Shown here piece by piece: positions 12,895-23,735 of a stretch of DNA of 64,000 bases (position 1 is the first letter of the stretch; each line of letters begins with the position of its first letter). Under the pieces are notes generated by a model that saw only the letters and a list, made by a program, of their open reading frames with translations, was not told where the DNA came from and did not search any database. The stretch lies in the NCBI RefSeq assembly GCF_001194135.2, contig NC_068992.1, positions 1,618,561-1,682,560 on the forward strand, written 5' to 3'. Both the position numbers and the translations under genes were made by a program. The stretch is from Octopus bimaculoides (taxonomy: Eukaryota).

Positions 12895-13036
12895 TCGAAA
12901 AATATCTTAGGAATGAGAACCCAGTTTCGAAATTTCCCCAAGACACCTGATGAAGGCTGGAGGGTATATCAGCCGAAACGTTGTTAACAACAACCAAGAT
13001 GGGGACAAATATCCCTCACATGTAAATAATGTAAAT
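12737..13036 (+). mobile_element. tRNA-headed SINE carrying a hammerhead ribozyme and a Penelope-like tail
   Basis: tRNA-like head 12765-12822 with B box GAGTTCGATTCC (12797-12808); (TAA)n at about 12823-12890; hammerhead core 12942-12985; tail shared with 9056-9101 and 30834-30923; flanking direct repeats aatgtatttaataag (12722-12736) and aatgtatatttaataag (13037-13053). Confidence 0.8.
12942..12987 (+). ncRNA. Minimal type I hammerhead ribozyme motif
   Basis: gacac-CTGATGA(12947-53)-a-ggctgg-agggtata-tcagcc-GAAA(12975-78)-C-G-T-T. Stem II has 6 pairs (5 WC + 1 GU). Stem III is a loopless AC/GT palindrome and the NUH triplet is GUU (12980-82). Stem I is 5 bp (gacac/gtgtt) using the sequence of the 30911-30923 copy, but only 2 bp here because of a GT deletion. 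Confidence 0.75.
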
Positions 13037-13269
13037 AATGTATATTTAATAAGATCTTGTAAAGTAGTCACCTCGTATAGGAAATGAGTTAATTTTCGAA
13101 GAATTTCAGTTACTGAGCTTGTGTAATGAAGCCGAATTACTCTTTGATATTAAGCACGTTTATTTTTTTTTTTATTCGGCTTTCCAGGCTTGCTTCAAAA
13201 CATTGCACTGTAGGTTTTTATTTTTTGGATAGTTTTCTGCTCCGGTGACCACTTTACATTTGTTGTTTT

Positions 13270-13368
13270 ATGAAGATAGCGCAATGTTTTGCCATTGTAT
13301 TATGAAGATAGCGCAATGGTTTGCCATTATTTTTTGTAAAGATAGCGCAATGGTTTGCCATTGTTTTC
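13270..13368. repeat. 32-34 bp tandem repeat x3 with internal hairpin caatgg-tttg-ccattg
   Basis: The unit aagatagcgcaatg(g/t)tttgccatt occurs three times (13270, 13302, about 13336). Confidence 0.85.
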
Positions 13369-13949
13369 TAACATTCGCTTATTGTTCTCCTTTATTACTC
13401 GGCTTCGCTTTTCTATCCACCATATGAGATTTTAATTAATGTATTTTATGTCATTAAGCGTTAACGCTTCTTGTTGACAAAGTATATGAATACCACCTTC
13501 ACTTTCTCCCTCTCTGTCTCCTCTCTCCAGCCCTCTCTCTCTCCCTTTCTCACTCTGCTTGACCATTTTACTAAAACTCATTTATCTGCTTATCACTTTT
13601 GTTGGCTAGCTTGTTCGTTGCTATGTATTTACCTACCGATACAATTTCATTAAAACAGCCGTTCTAGATTCTTTGCATGCCCGCATGTTTTGTTTTTTTT
13701 TTGTTTAATTTTGTCTGTGGTGACACTAAATTACGGTTTTTATGTTGACTATGAGATATTTATATGTAATTTATAATAGATATATCTCAATTATCACTTA
13801 CTTTTTTACAGGAATATACTTAATATTATATTTCCTCGAGTCATTGGTGTTTTCCCCTTAATAATGAACGATCGGATATCGCACACGCTTCTAAATGAGT
13901 GGAAGTTTTGAAAAATGTTGTTTATTCTGCTCTCTATATGCCATCATCT

Positions 13950-14115
13950 CATACCGATTATTCAGTTTGTACATGTTTTCCTAACTACGCTGTATTTTTT
14001 CTAGATATGGCATGTGCAGCAGCCATTTATTTAATGGTTTCTGTCTGTATTATTGCTGAAATTTTTCTTAATATTCTTTATTTTTCCCCCTGGTTCCAAA
14101 TGTGCTTTGATGGAG
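13950..14115 (-). mobile_element. Penelope-like element, GIY-YIG endonuclease C-terminal remnant 1
   Basis: Minus-strand SKHIWN... then NGCCTCHI*KKYSVV, compared with the recalled PLE motif LSKHIWxLK...Y.NGxxxCxLCLxEKxxI. Confidence 0.45.
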
Positions 14116-14439
14116 ATTATATGTTCCTTCTATAAATATTGCAAGAGAAGTGTGCCTAGAATGAGTCTGTGAATTTAAACGGCCCATATGTTGCCTCGAT
14201 ACAGTCATTGTTGCAATATCCCTTTTTCTGATTGTTAGTTCATCGATTACTTCGTTTTAAGGAAATTACGGTCAACGCATGCGGTTGAAATTGTTGCAGT
14301 TGAAACTAATTGTGTTTGAGCTTCGAGGTTTCCCGATGCGAGTCTATTTATAATTTGTTTGAGCTGCTTGTTACTTGAGCGGCTCTAATTATATTTTGTG
14401 CTATTCGTGCTGGAATCTATAGTCAGTTGGACAAATGTT

Positions 14440-14830
14440 GAAAAGCTATTTGTCGCCCCTAAGAGACCAAAGTGTTAGCTTATCGAAGAGATACTTTTTT
14501 TTTTTTTTTGGATATTTCAGGTTTAGAATTAGTTTGTGTGTTTTGGATCATGTATTACATTGACCTGCATCCAGACACATTTAAGCTTGGATTGGGAAGA
14601 TTTTTGTTCAATTTAGCATTTATCATTCAGGGATTGTTTAGGCATTCTTCAGCTTCTGTTGCGGACATTATTTCTCATTGCTTAAACTGTGTCTGGAACG
14701 TGTGTTTCTATTAGTGACATGCTTTTCGGCATTCTATAACGTAAGAGTTTTCCTGTGATTACATTAAACATTTTATCCTGGATATTTACTGTGTTTATCG
14801 TTAGAATTGTCATTACACTCACATTCACGC
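14440..14830 (-). mobile_element. Penelope-like element, GIY-YIG remnant 2
   Basis: Minus-strand ECECN..., RSRHSLSNEK, GQCN and NTLVS*GRQ in the order expected for CNC...NHxxSFxNE...CxLC...SELVSKCRH. It is heavily decayed. Confidence 0.35.
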
Positions 14831-15138
14831 AAAAATATGCTACGAGAAATATATAAACGTACATGTGATGCTTGCGTAAATACAAGCATATGCACATTTA
14901 TATGCATATAGTTACATATACGAGATCGGATTAATAAGTATCCGGACTGTTGCCATAGTACCGAAGCTAAAGCACACAGAGTGAAGCTGCTTGGCAAAAA
15001 TTGACCTTAAACTCTGCAATGCATGCGTAGAAAGTTTTGACGTCATTGCTCACTAGCTTGGAAGGAAGGTGTGTAGCGTATGATTGTCGCATTGACCATG
15101 ACAGAGAAAGTTGTCATGGCATTACCTGCTCAGGCGCC

Positions 15139-15340
15139 CACACAAAGTTGCAGAAAGTCTATAGAGAGGGGTTTTATGAGTCGCACGCGAGTGTACGAGT
15201 GTTTCAGACCTTTCCTAGATGGCCGAAATATATCGATATCGACGAAAGTTCTGGTAGACCCGAAACCAATAAAGCTGAGAAAAACATCGCAGATGTGCGT
15301 GCAGCCTTGAGGAGAAATCATTGAATCACCATCCGTCAGT
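15139..15340 (+). mobile_element. mariner transposase N-terminal HTH fragment
   Basis: HTKLQKVYREG / MSRTRVYECFRPFLDGR / DESSGRPETNKAEKNIADVRAALRRNH*ITIRQ matches mariner SRxxVxEWxxRFxxGR..DDxRSGRP..NIxxV..RRxTIR. Confidence 0.75.
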
Positions 15341-15342
15341 TT

Positions 15343-15380
15343 TGACCGGCGTGCTAACGTTTCTGCCAGCTCGCCGCCTT
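15343..15380 (-). mobile_element. SINE family A head fragment
   Basis: ccggcgtgctaacgtttctgccagctcgccgcctta. Confidence 0.75.
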
Positions 15381-16803
15381 ACGAACATGAAATATCATCA
15401 TACGTCTAAATACGCAGGTTCATTAAGGACTCAACTATAAACAGATTTAATAACTAATAGCAAAACATTTTAAAGCTGCTAGCAGTGAGCAGACGTAAGT
15501 ATCTTGATATATACAATAGCTCTGTCGTGGAAATCATAGTTGTTATCTTTTGTATCAATCAGAAGACAGTTTATGATGAAAAATAGGAAAATACAGGGGA
15601 GAATGTACAAACGAAAAGAAATGCAAGAAATAAACAAGAGAAAGTGACCAGAAAAATAAAAAGATTATTTTTCCCTTTGAGATATAGACAGCTGCGAACG
15701 ATCGTGCGAACAACATTAAAAAACAAAGATATACATAAAAATACTTTACATCTAAGGAAATCCAGAAAGATTGTAGAGAGATTTAAACAAGGTCGACAAG
15801 TAAGAAAGAAATGAAATAGAATATTTGAGTAAAGAAAAATAATATAACGCTTGCATGATCTAAAGAATATTTTCGTATCATAGTCAAAAGTATACCATTA
15901 GACATTAAATATATTTAAAATATTGCAATACAATATTTGTGTGTATGTGTATATACATACATTATATACAGATACATAAATATATATGGGTATATATANN
16001 NNNNNNNNNNNNNNNNNNNNNNNNNNNNNNNNNNNNNNNNNNNNNNNNNNNNNNNNNNNNNNNNNNNNNNNNNNNNNNNNNNNNNNNNNNNNNNNNNNNN
16101 NNNNNNNNNNNNNNNNNNNNNNNNNNNNNNNNNNNNNNNNNNNNNNNNNNNNNNNNNNNNNNNNNNNNNNNNNNNNNNNNNNNNNNNNNNNNNNNNNNNN
16201 NNNNNNNNNNNNNNNNNNNNNNNNNNNNNNNNNNNNNNNNNNNNNNNNNNNNNNNNNNNNNNNNNNNNNNNNNNNNNNNNNNNNNNNNNNNNNNNNNNNN
16301 NNNNNNNNNNNNNNNNNNNNNNNNNNNNNNNNNNNNNNNNNNNNNNNNNNNNNNNNNNNNNNNNNNNNNNNNNNNNNNNNNNNNNNNNNNNNNNNNNNNN
16401 NNNNNNNNNNNNNNNNNNNNNNNNNNNNNNNNNNNNNNNNNNNNNNNNNNNNNNNNNNNNNNNNNNNNNNNNNNNNNNNNNNNNNNNNNNNNNNNNNNNN
16501 NNNNNNNNNNNNNNNNNNNNNNNNNNNNNNNNNNNNNNNNNNNNNNNNNNNNNNNNNNNNNNNNNNNNNNNNNNNNNNNNNNNNNNNNNNNNNNNNNNNN
16601 NNNNNNNNNNNNNNATATATATATATATATACAGGCCGCAAGGGGTAAATTGTCGCTATTTCCTATGTTAGCTTCGCGGATGTGCACTGCTTGCTTTATA
16701 GTAGGGTCAGTTGGGCATCGTCTGTGACAAAAACAACACCCTGACACTATTCACTCTGCCAGAAATTTGGAAACGACATGCGATACTGCTTGACATTGGG
16801 TAT

Positions 16804-16879
16804 CAATCTGAGGACGGTACAATCTGAGGACGGTACAATCTGAGGACGGTACAATCTGAAGACGGTACAATCTGATGAC
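16804..16879. repeat. 16-bp minisatellite (caatctgaggacggta) x4.75
   Basis: Three identical units, a fourth with one substitution, and a partial fifth. Confidence 0.95.
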
Positions 16880-18756
16880 CATGCAATTTGGAAATAGCAG
16901 AGAAAGCAGCAGAGAAAATAAGAAAATAGCAGAGATTTTATACCTAGAGGGAAAAAGAACGCATCTATTTAAACCATAGCAAGAGGCAACATTGATCTGA
17001 ATGGACCTTTCCCGCCTTGTTGCCTCTTCCTCATCATGATTATCGGATATTACAGTTTATTATAGATCCAATATTGGTAATTGGTGTAGTTGTCATATGT
17101 ATTTTTTTTTAAATGCAGAAATCGAAGTAAAACAGCATGACCGCAGCCACTTGGCTGAAACACATAAATAAATAAATATAGTGTGGCACAAATCTAAAGC
17201 ACTGCATTCTCTTCACGTAGCACCTATCCTATAAAATCTCCATGCTGCCTACGTAAGACAATTTTAATTTCAATACACCAAATTACTGCTTATACTGCAA
17301 TAATGCACATTGCTGATTCATATTCGGCACATAATACCACTTCTCATTTGTTACTAACAAAACAACGTATAGCGGAGCGAAAATAAGCATTTCAAAATCA
17401 ATATTGAAATTAATCACCAATGACTTAATAAAATAACTATTACGAAGCTACTTAAATTGACATCACTGATGGTAATGGAATACAGAGTTTGATTTTTATT
17501 CTGAAATTTAATGATTTGTTGTGAAAATATGATTGTCAGTAAAAGAACACTTTTGTGACCTGAAATATTTTGTTGTCTGTAAGTTGATTTAAGTATATTT
17601 AGAATAAATGTGTAATGTTTAATATTGGTTTTGACATATTAATTTTGATTGAGGTACATGTAAGTCTGGTGCGAATCAGCGAAAGAACTTTTGTTTTATG
17701 GTCTAAATCCAAACAAACTTTTCGCTATAATGAATAACTTTTAGAGTTTTGCATTTATTTTAAAGAGTATTATCAAACATAAACGGTGCCCTCTAACCAT
17801 CACAATTACTATCAACGAGATAATCATTTCTCCATAATTCAAAGCAGGATCGGAAATTCTAATTAGAAATTTATGATTTGAAGGAAAAAGATACTGAGAA
17901 TTCACACATTTATCAGTTATTTTTACTTAATAAAAAGTTCTTGAAATTCAACTCATTCTTAAAGCCGTACAGCAGTATTTTATTCATATTAGAAATCATC
18001 AGCATGACATAACCTGTGACTTATTAATGACACGTTTTATGAGGTGGAACATTTCATTAAGCATGGAAGTAATTACAGTATGGAGGAAATTCGTATAATA
18101 TGTTTGCTTTGTCTACATAGAACGTTAATAGATTAGGAACTGTGAAATACGTAGGTTGCTCTGTGTACTTACATATAGTGTAGTAACTGTTTCCAGGAAA
18201 TTCTGCCTTGTGAAAATGTCTTACAGAAGCTAATAATTTTCGGTTTAGCAACAAACACCATTACAGGCTGTTTTCCGGCATTTGGTTCAATCTGCTGTTT
18301 TTCATGTATAATTGTTTAAATTTTGAGGTCACATGAAACAGGATCACTTTTAATCAAGCATGGTGAAATAACTTTAGAAAGAAGTTCATGCTATCTATGA
18401 TCTTTATGAACTTTGCCATCACAAATTTGCATTTACTGACTTTATTTTAACTGTTGACAATTCTGAAAATGCTTTTTTCCAGGTGAAAACTGGCTTGAAT
18501 GTGTTTTGCATTTCAAAAATATAAGCAGCTGTGAGAGCAGAAAAGGCAACAAGAGCTCGGATATCATCCTTTGTGGGTGATACACATTACTTAGGCAGTG
18601 GAATAAGATCATAGATTTTTTGAAAAAGCTCATCTTTGGTATGAAAGTGGTTGATCAAGAAATGTCAGGGTACCACCTAGAGTGTATATAACATTTGTTG
18701 AAACACTGAGACACTGAGTGTTTCAGAAAGCTCATATACATTAATGTAATGTATAT

Positions 18757-19550
18757 GACAGGTCACAAATTCGGTGTTTATTGCAGGACGAACGGCTTTT
18801 GGAGATCATGTCTGACCTTGCAAAAGAAACAGGGTAAGATTTTGCTGCAGTTGTACCTGATTTACCCGGAAAAAAATTGTCAAGTTATAAAGAACTTCTA
18901 CAAATCCTGTTAAGCAGTTTTCGAGCCCTGGGTTATAAACTGAATTTTAAACTCCATTTCCTAAACAGTCATGTGGACTAAAAATCATAGTGCTATATGT
19001 GATGGACAAGGAGAAAATTTTCAACAAGATATGGAAGCCATGATGATTAGGTGTCCGGGCAGAGGTGACGCAAATATGATAGCTAACGACTGCTAGTCTC
19101 TACAAAGAGTTTGCTGTGATTCAAGTTTTTGACTCGAAGCAGCAAAGACAAAATTCATTCCTTCTTGAGTAGCTGAAAATCTAGTTTGATAAAAAATATC
19201 TATCTGGGCGATTAAACATTGTGTGTAATATATTTGTTGGACGATAAAAAACGGTATTTCGTTTGTGTTATTTTCTAATTTCAGTATTGCATTTAATTCC
19301 AAAATTTGAATTTTTTTTTTTTTTTTTTGTAAAAATTGATCCCTATTTAGTAAAAAAATTGACTAATTCCAAAAGGCAACAGAATAAAATGTTTCGAATA
19401 TGTTCCCCTACGAAATAATAAGTCCAGCTGGCCAACCCTATTTCTTACGGACAAACAATGCAATTGTATTTATTTTGAGAGTAAGCTGTTGAAAGAAGAA
19501 TTGACGTGATAAAAGAAAACTGTCTGAAGATTTGAAATCAGCATGCCACT
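18757..19550 (+). mobile_element. CMC-superfamily (Chapaev-3-like) transposase C-terminus plus 3' subterminal sequence
   Basis: SQIRCLLQDERL...SFRALGYKLNFKLHFLNSHVD* then NHSAICDGQGENFQQDMEAM..RCPGRGDANMIANDC*SLQR matches the recalled motif GPQIR...LGCxMSxKxHFLHSHLD..NxGxVSDEQGERFHQD..MExRYQG..MLADYCWxL. The motif match is strong; the family name is from memory. Confidence 0.7.
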
Positions 19551-19719
19551 TCATTTTGTTCATTTTGTCGTCTCACGCCAGGATCGACGTCTCAACTGAA
19601 CACCTACATATCGGTAATACCATGCTCTTTTATGCTGATTTAAAATTTATTGTATTCGTAACTACGTGGTTGTACCTGTAGATCTTCTTCACTGTCACTG
19701 TCCACTCCTCACTGACCGA

Positions 19720-21720
19720 AAAACACATCTAGTACGATCGGGATGACATGGTGTGACTCTTCAGTATTCACACTAAACTATTCGGCAAATATTTTCACGT
19801 TAGACTTTTGGAATGTTTTCAGGGTATCTGTGAGGAGTTTACATTATCGTACCATATCAATTGAAGAGATTAACGCCTAACCTCATTTTCATTATCAGGC
19901 ATTTTTCTGTCAATTTAACTTACTTTCATATGGTAGAGAAGAAAACAACATCACTCTGCTTTGTCAAAGTAACAAATACCCTCCAAGAGCAATCAAGAAC
20001 AAGCTTTTGAAGCAAGCCTGTTAGATATCTGGAAGAGAATATACCTATTGATTGGTATAGCATAAGGATTAGAGACATTGTTTTAAGATCTTTGAAAATG
20101 CGAGGGAAAGCCTATTATAAATTGAATCTGAACTATTTGTAACGACGAAACCTGAGGCTCATTCTCAAAGACGTTCATGGAGTTTAGAAAAGTTTATTCC
20201 ACAGATCTGAAAAAGCAAAATGAACATTGTACCTGATGATTTCGATTATTAAATGGGGTTAATAATGTTCTGTTTGCCTTCGCTAATTATGTTGAGCATC
20301 ATCAATATTCTTGTGTGACTTACATTTGAGAGCTTCTCGCTGCTAATCCAATAATGTAAAGAAATCATTATTTCTTACTCCTTTTTTAGGTTTAGATATC
20401 TTCCAGGATTACTAATTGTGTTTCTTTCTTTCTTTGAAGCAGCTTACAAAGCATTTTCTACTCCTACGAAAAAGATTTCTATATTAAACTCCCTAAGAGC
20501 ATCTTGACTATTGGAAGAAAATAGATGCCTGGAATTCTCATAATTCTAGTAAGCTTCCAATATTTTGGCTTCTAAAATGTTTCATGGCAAGAAGACTGTT
20601 CAAAATCATATGCACTTTTAGAAGAGTTATATGGAATTGATCAATTTCAAAGGATGCATTTTCTTTTTCAGTTTTGACTATGACAATGAAATATCGTTCA
20701 TTCGTGTAGAAGAATGTGTATGGATCTAATGTTTACAGTACTGTATTGTTTCATGATAATTATTTTGATTTTGGCTCCGTGTAGTCTCTCATACGAATGA
20801 CGTTTTTCCCGGTTACCAGGATTTCCACTGCTATCTTGTTTACATTAATATGTCAGTCGGATACTCCTTATTATACGAAGCAGGTAGTTCCAAAGGAAAT
20901 GCGTTCTTATTATTGAAACAGTTTATCTAGTATTATCTTCTTTGGACAAATTATTTCCCGCAATTTATTGTGTAACGTCCTGGATGGCATAGTTTGTTCG
21001 ACATTGAATTTGTTTAAATTTTCTAGTTTTACAGTATACGTCAGTTTACAAGTTTCTTTGTCAGATTTTGATGTATATATTTTTGACGATCTTCCTACAC
21101 ATTATGAGATGTGCTCTTATTTTGATAACGTTCAAACAAAATATTTTTCATACCCCGCAAGTAGGCTAGGGAGGTTGTTCATAGCCCACACGAGTTAGGG
21201 AGGTTGTTCACAAAATCAACATGTAAGTTTTGTGCCCAAGAATATATTTTTTGATGAGTTTACTCGTATTTACATTAATTTCCAGGATGTGTCATCATTT
21301 TTGTTGATGTGAGCTTTAAATCCTTCTCAATGAAAAAATCGTAAAGACTTTAGCCTCCCACATATATAGCAATTGGTGCTTCGGATCGAGATATTAACCT
21401 TTAAGTCTTTCTTTCCCCCAACTCTTTGTAGACAACAGTCCTGGTGGAGAATTCTGATCGCTTGGAGTTACTAAAACCTGTTTATTTTTTTACAATGCCC
21501 ATCACAAACCGAGAGTTGTGTTAACTCTGGCGATATGCCCATGTTGTGCCACAAAATAACGGTCACCCTAAGTCCTGAATCCTCCACGAATATCATTAAT
21601 GGTGACTCTTTTATAATTCATCTCCAAATACTATGGAATAAGCACGTGAGCAGCAATTTGATATATACTTTTGCGTGGGGCATCTGATGTAAAGATGGTA
21701 TAGGAGTGTTTAAACAGATG
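19720..21720 (-). mobile_element. Helitron Rep/PIF1-helicase remnant
   Basis: Minus-strand motifs in Helitron order: YTI..MPHA (HUH, about 21672-21702), CDGHCKK, FKAHIN (21303-21320), ERYF..SFE, FLIALGG (cf. FLDAPGGTGKT; 19979-20002), LIWYD (cf. IIWDE; 19846-19860), VIPIV (cf. QILPVI; 19733-19747). There are many stops and frameshifts. Confidence 0.6.
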
Positions 21721-23366
21721 CCGTTTACGAATAGAGACGGTTGCAATCAAAATATCTACAAGAATTGTCTCCACCTTTTCTTGTAAAATCGCCACTGAAC
21801 TTCCTAAAATTCAGTTAAATTACTTCCCATCACTCCTACGCCTCTCTGATAGATTATGGAACATTGGGACGTGTCTTGTGAAAATAATGCTGCCAAAATA
21901 TTTATTTCAGGGAAATATTCACCAACACATTTCTGTTTTGTTCCGCCATAGCTACGTCACATTAGACTCTATATAAAATTCTATGATGCGATATGTTTTT
22001 TTCATGCGATATGTATCTATTTTTATATAATAAAAAAAAAAGTTATTTTCAATAACAGCGTTTGGTACGTGCTGTTACCGTATTCCATGCATCTAATAAT
22101 TATATATCTATTATTCAATTTCTACAAGTGTTGTAAATAGCGAAGCAGCATGGAATGCAACATGGAATGCAACGATCCTTAGCAACATGAAATGCAGTAA
22201 TTGCTTCAACTCTCTAAGTCCTAAAGTTGAAATCTGATAACTTAACACTATCTTCGCCATGGAACAGGGAGTTAAATACAAATATTTAAGTTGCATTTAT
22301 TTTAATTCAGTAAGTTTAACGGAAATAGACACATGTCTGATATTATGTACTAATTTGCCTGTATTTCAATAAATTATATTATTTGGAGTAGGACTCCCAA
22401 ATAAGAAGACAGACGGATGAACTATAATGTGGATTTGATTTGATCTCTTTAAATTCTCATTTGAAATATCGTCGCGTTTATATTTACCGTCTCACGGAAA
22501 TAGACATTGCATCTTAAAATCTGTGATGTGGTGCATAAAGCTCTAGTCATAATGATTCGGTGTATGTACTTTAATCCCAAGATGATTCACTTATTCCTGA
22601 TGTCACAAACCAATATAAAGTATTTCTAGCAATTTCAAGCTGAGAATATCCGGATGTTGATATATATGACGGTTGTAGTCATTCATCGCGATTGCATAAT
22701 TGAATAAATGCTGTAATTCTATTGACTGAAGTGCTTAACCATGATTTTCAGACATTGACTTATGATCTTCTGTTCACGGAGGTGCGATGGAGTTTGGGGC
22801 TAGATCAATAAATGGGGTATACATAATTTGGGGAAGGGTCTGGGGGCTAAAGTGTTTGTGTTTACGTGTGTTTCGGTGTGTATGGATGTCTATGTTCGTG
22901 TGTGAAATAATGAACATTGGGAGGAGTGAAGTGGTCAATTCTGGGGTAGATATGAAGGTTTTTCGGTTGTTTCGGAAAATGCATGGTGGAATGCAAAATG
23001 TTGGAGGGAAAACTTCGAAGTCACTGACGTTCGTCTTGTATTTCTGTCTAACGAAATGTTTGAAAATGTAGAGACTATACTACACTTCTTCCAATTCACT
23101 TGCGTTAATATTTCTTATCACAAGATCATAGTTTTCGGTGTTATTGATGTGTCTTATAANNNNNNNNNNNNNNNNNNNNNNNNNNNNNNNNNNNNNNNNN
23201 NNNNNNNNNNNNNNNNNNNNNNNNNNNNNNNNNNNNNNNNNNNNNNNNNNNNNNNNNNNNNNNNNNNNNNNNNNNNNNNNNNNNNNNNNNNNNNNNNNNN
23301 NNNNNNNNNNNNNNNNNNNNNNNNNNNNNNNNNNNNNNNNNNNNNNNNNNNNNNNNNNNNNNNNNN

Positions 23367-23581
23367 ATATATGTATATACATGTGTACATATGTATATAA
23401 TATATACCTATGTATATAAATATATATATTTATGTATATACATGTATGCATTTGTATATATATATATGCATATATATATGAATATATATATGTATATTCA
23501 TATGTGTATATATATATGTATATATATATCTATATATATATATGCATATATATGCATATATAGGTAGATAGATACATAGAC

Positions 23582-23665
<84 letters not shown>

Positions 23666-23698
23666 GGATGGATGTATACATGCATGTATGTATGTATG

Positions 23699-23735
<37 letters not shown>
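23367..23735. repeat. Compound microsatellite (TA)n/(GATA)n/(TATG)n
   Basis: Seen directly. Confidence 0.95.

Noticed and set aside
13270-13368. CRISPR array
   Set aside because: There are no unique spacers or cas genes and the context is eukaryotic. It is a simple tandem repeat.
18057-18640. piggyBac transposase remnant (CLSNVYHPQRMISELLLPF; KPKIISFCK)
   Set aside because: The motif spacing is inconsistent and the catalytic residues are not recoverable, so it is too weak to call.
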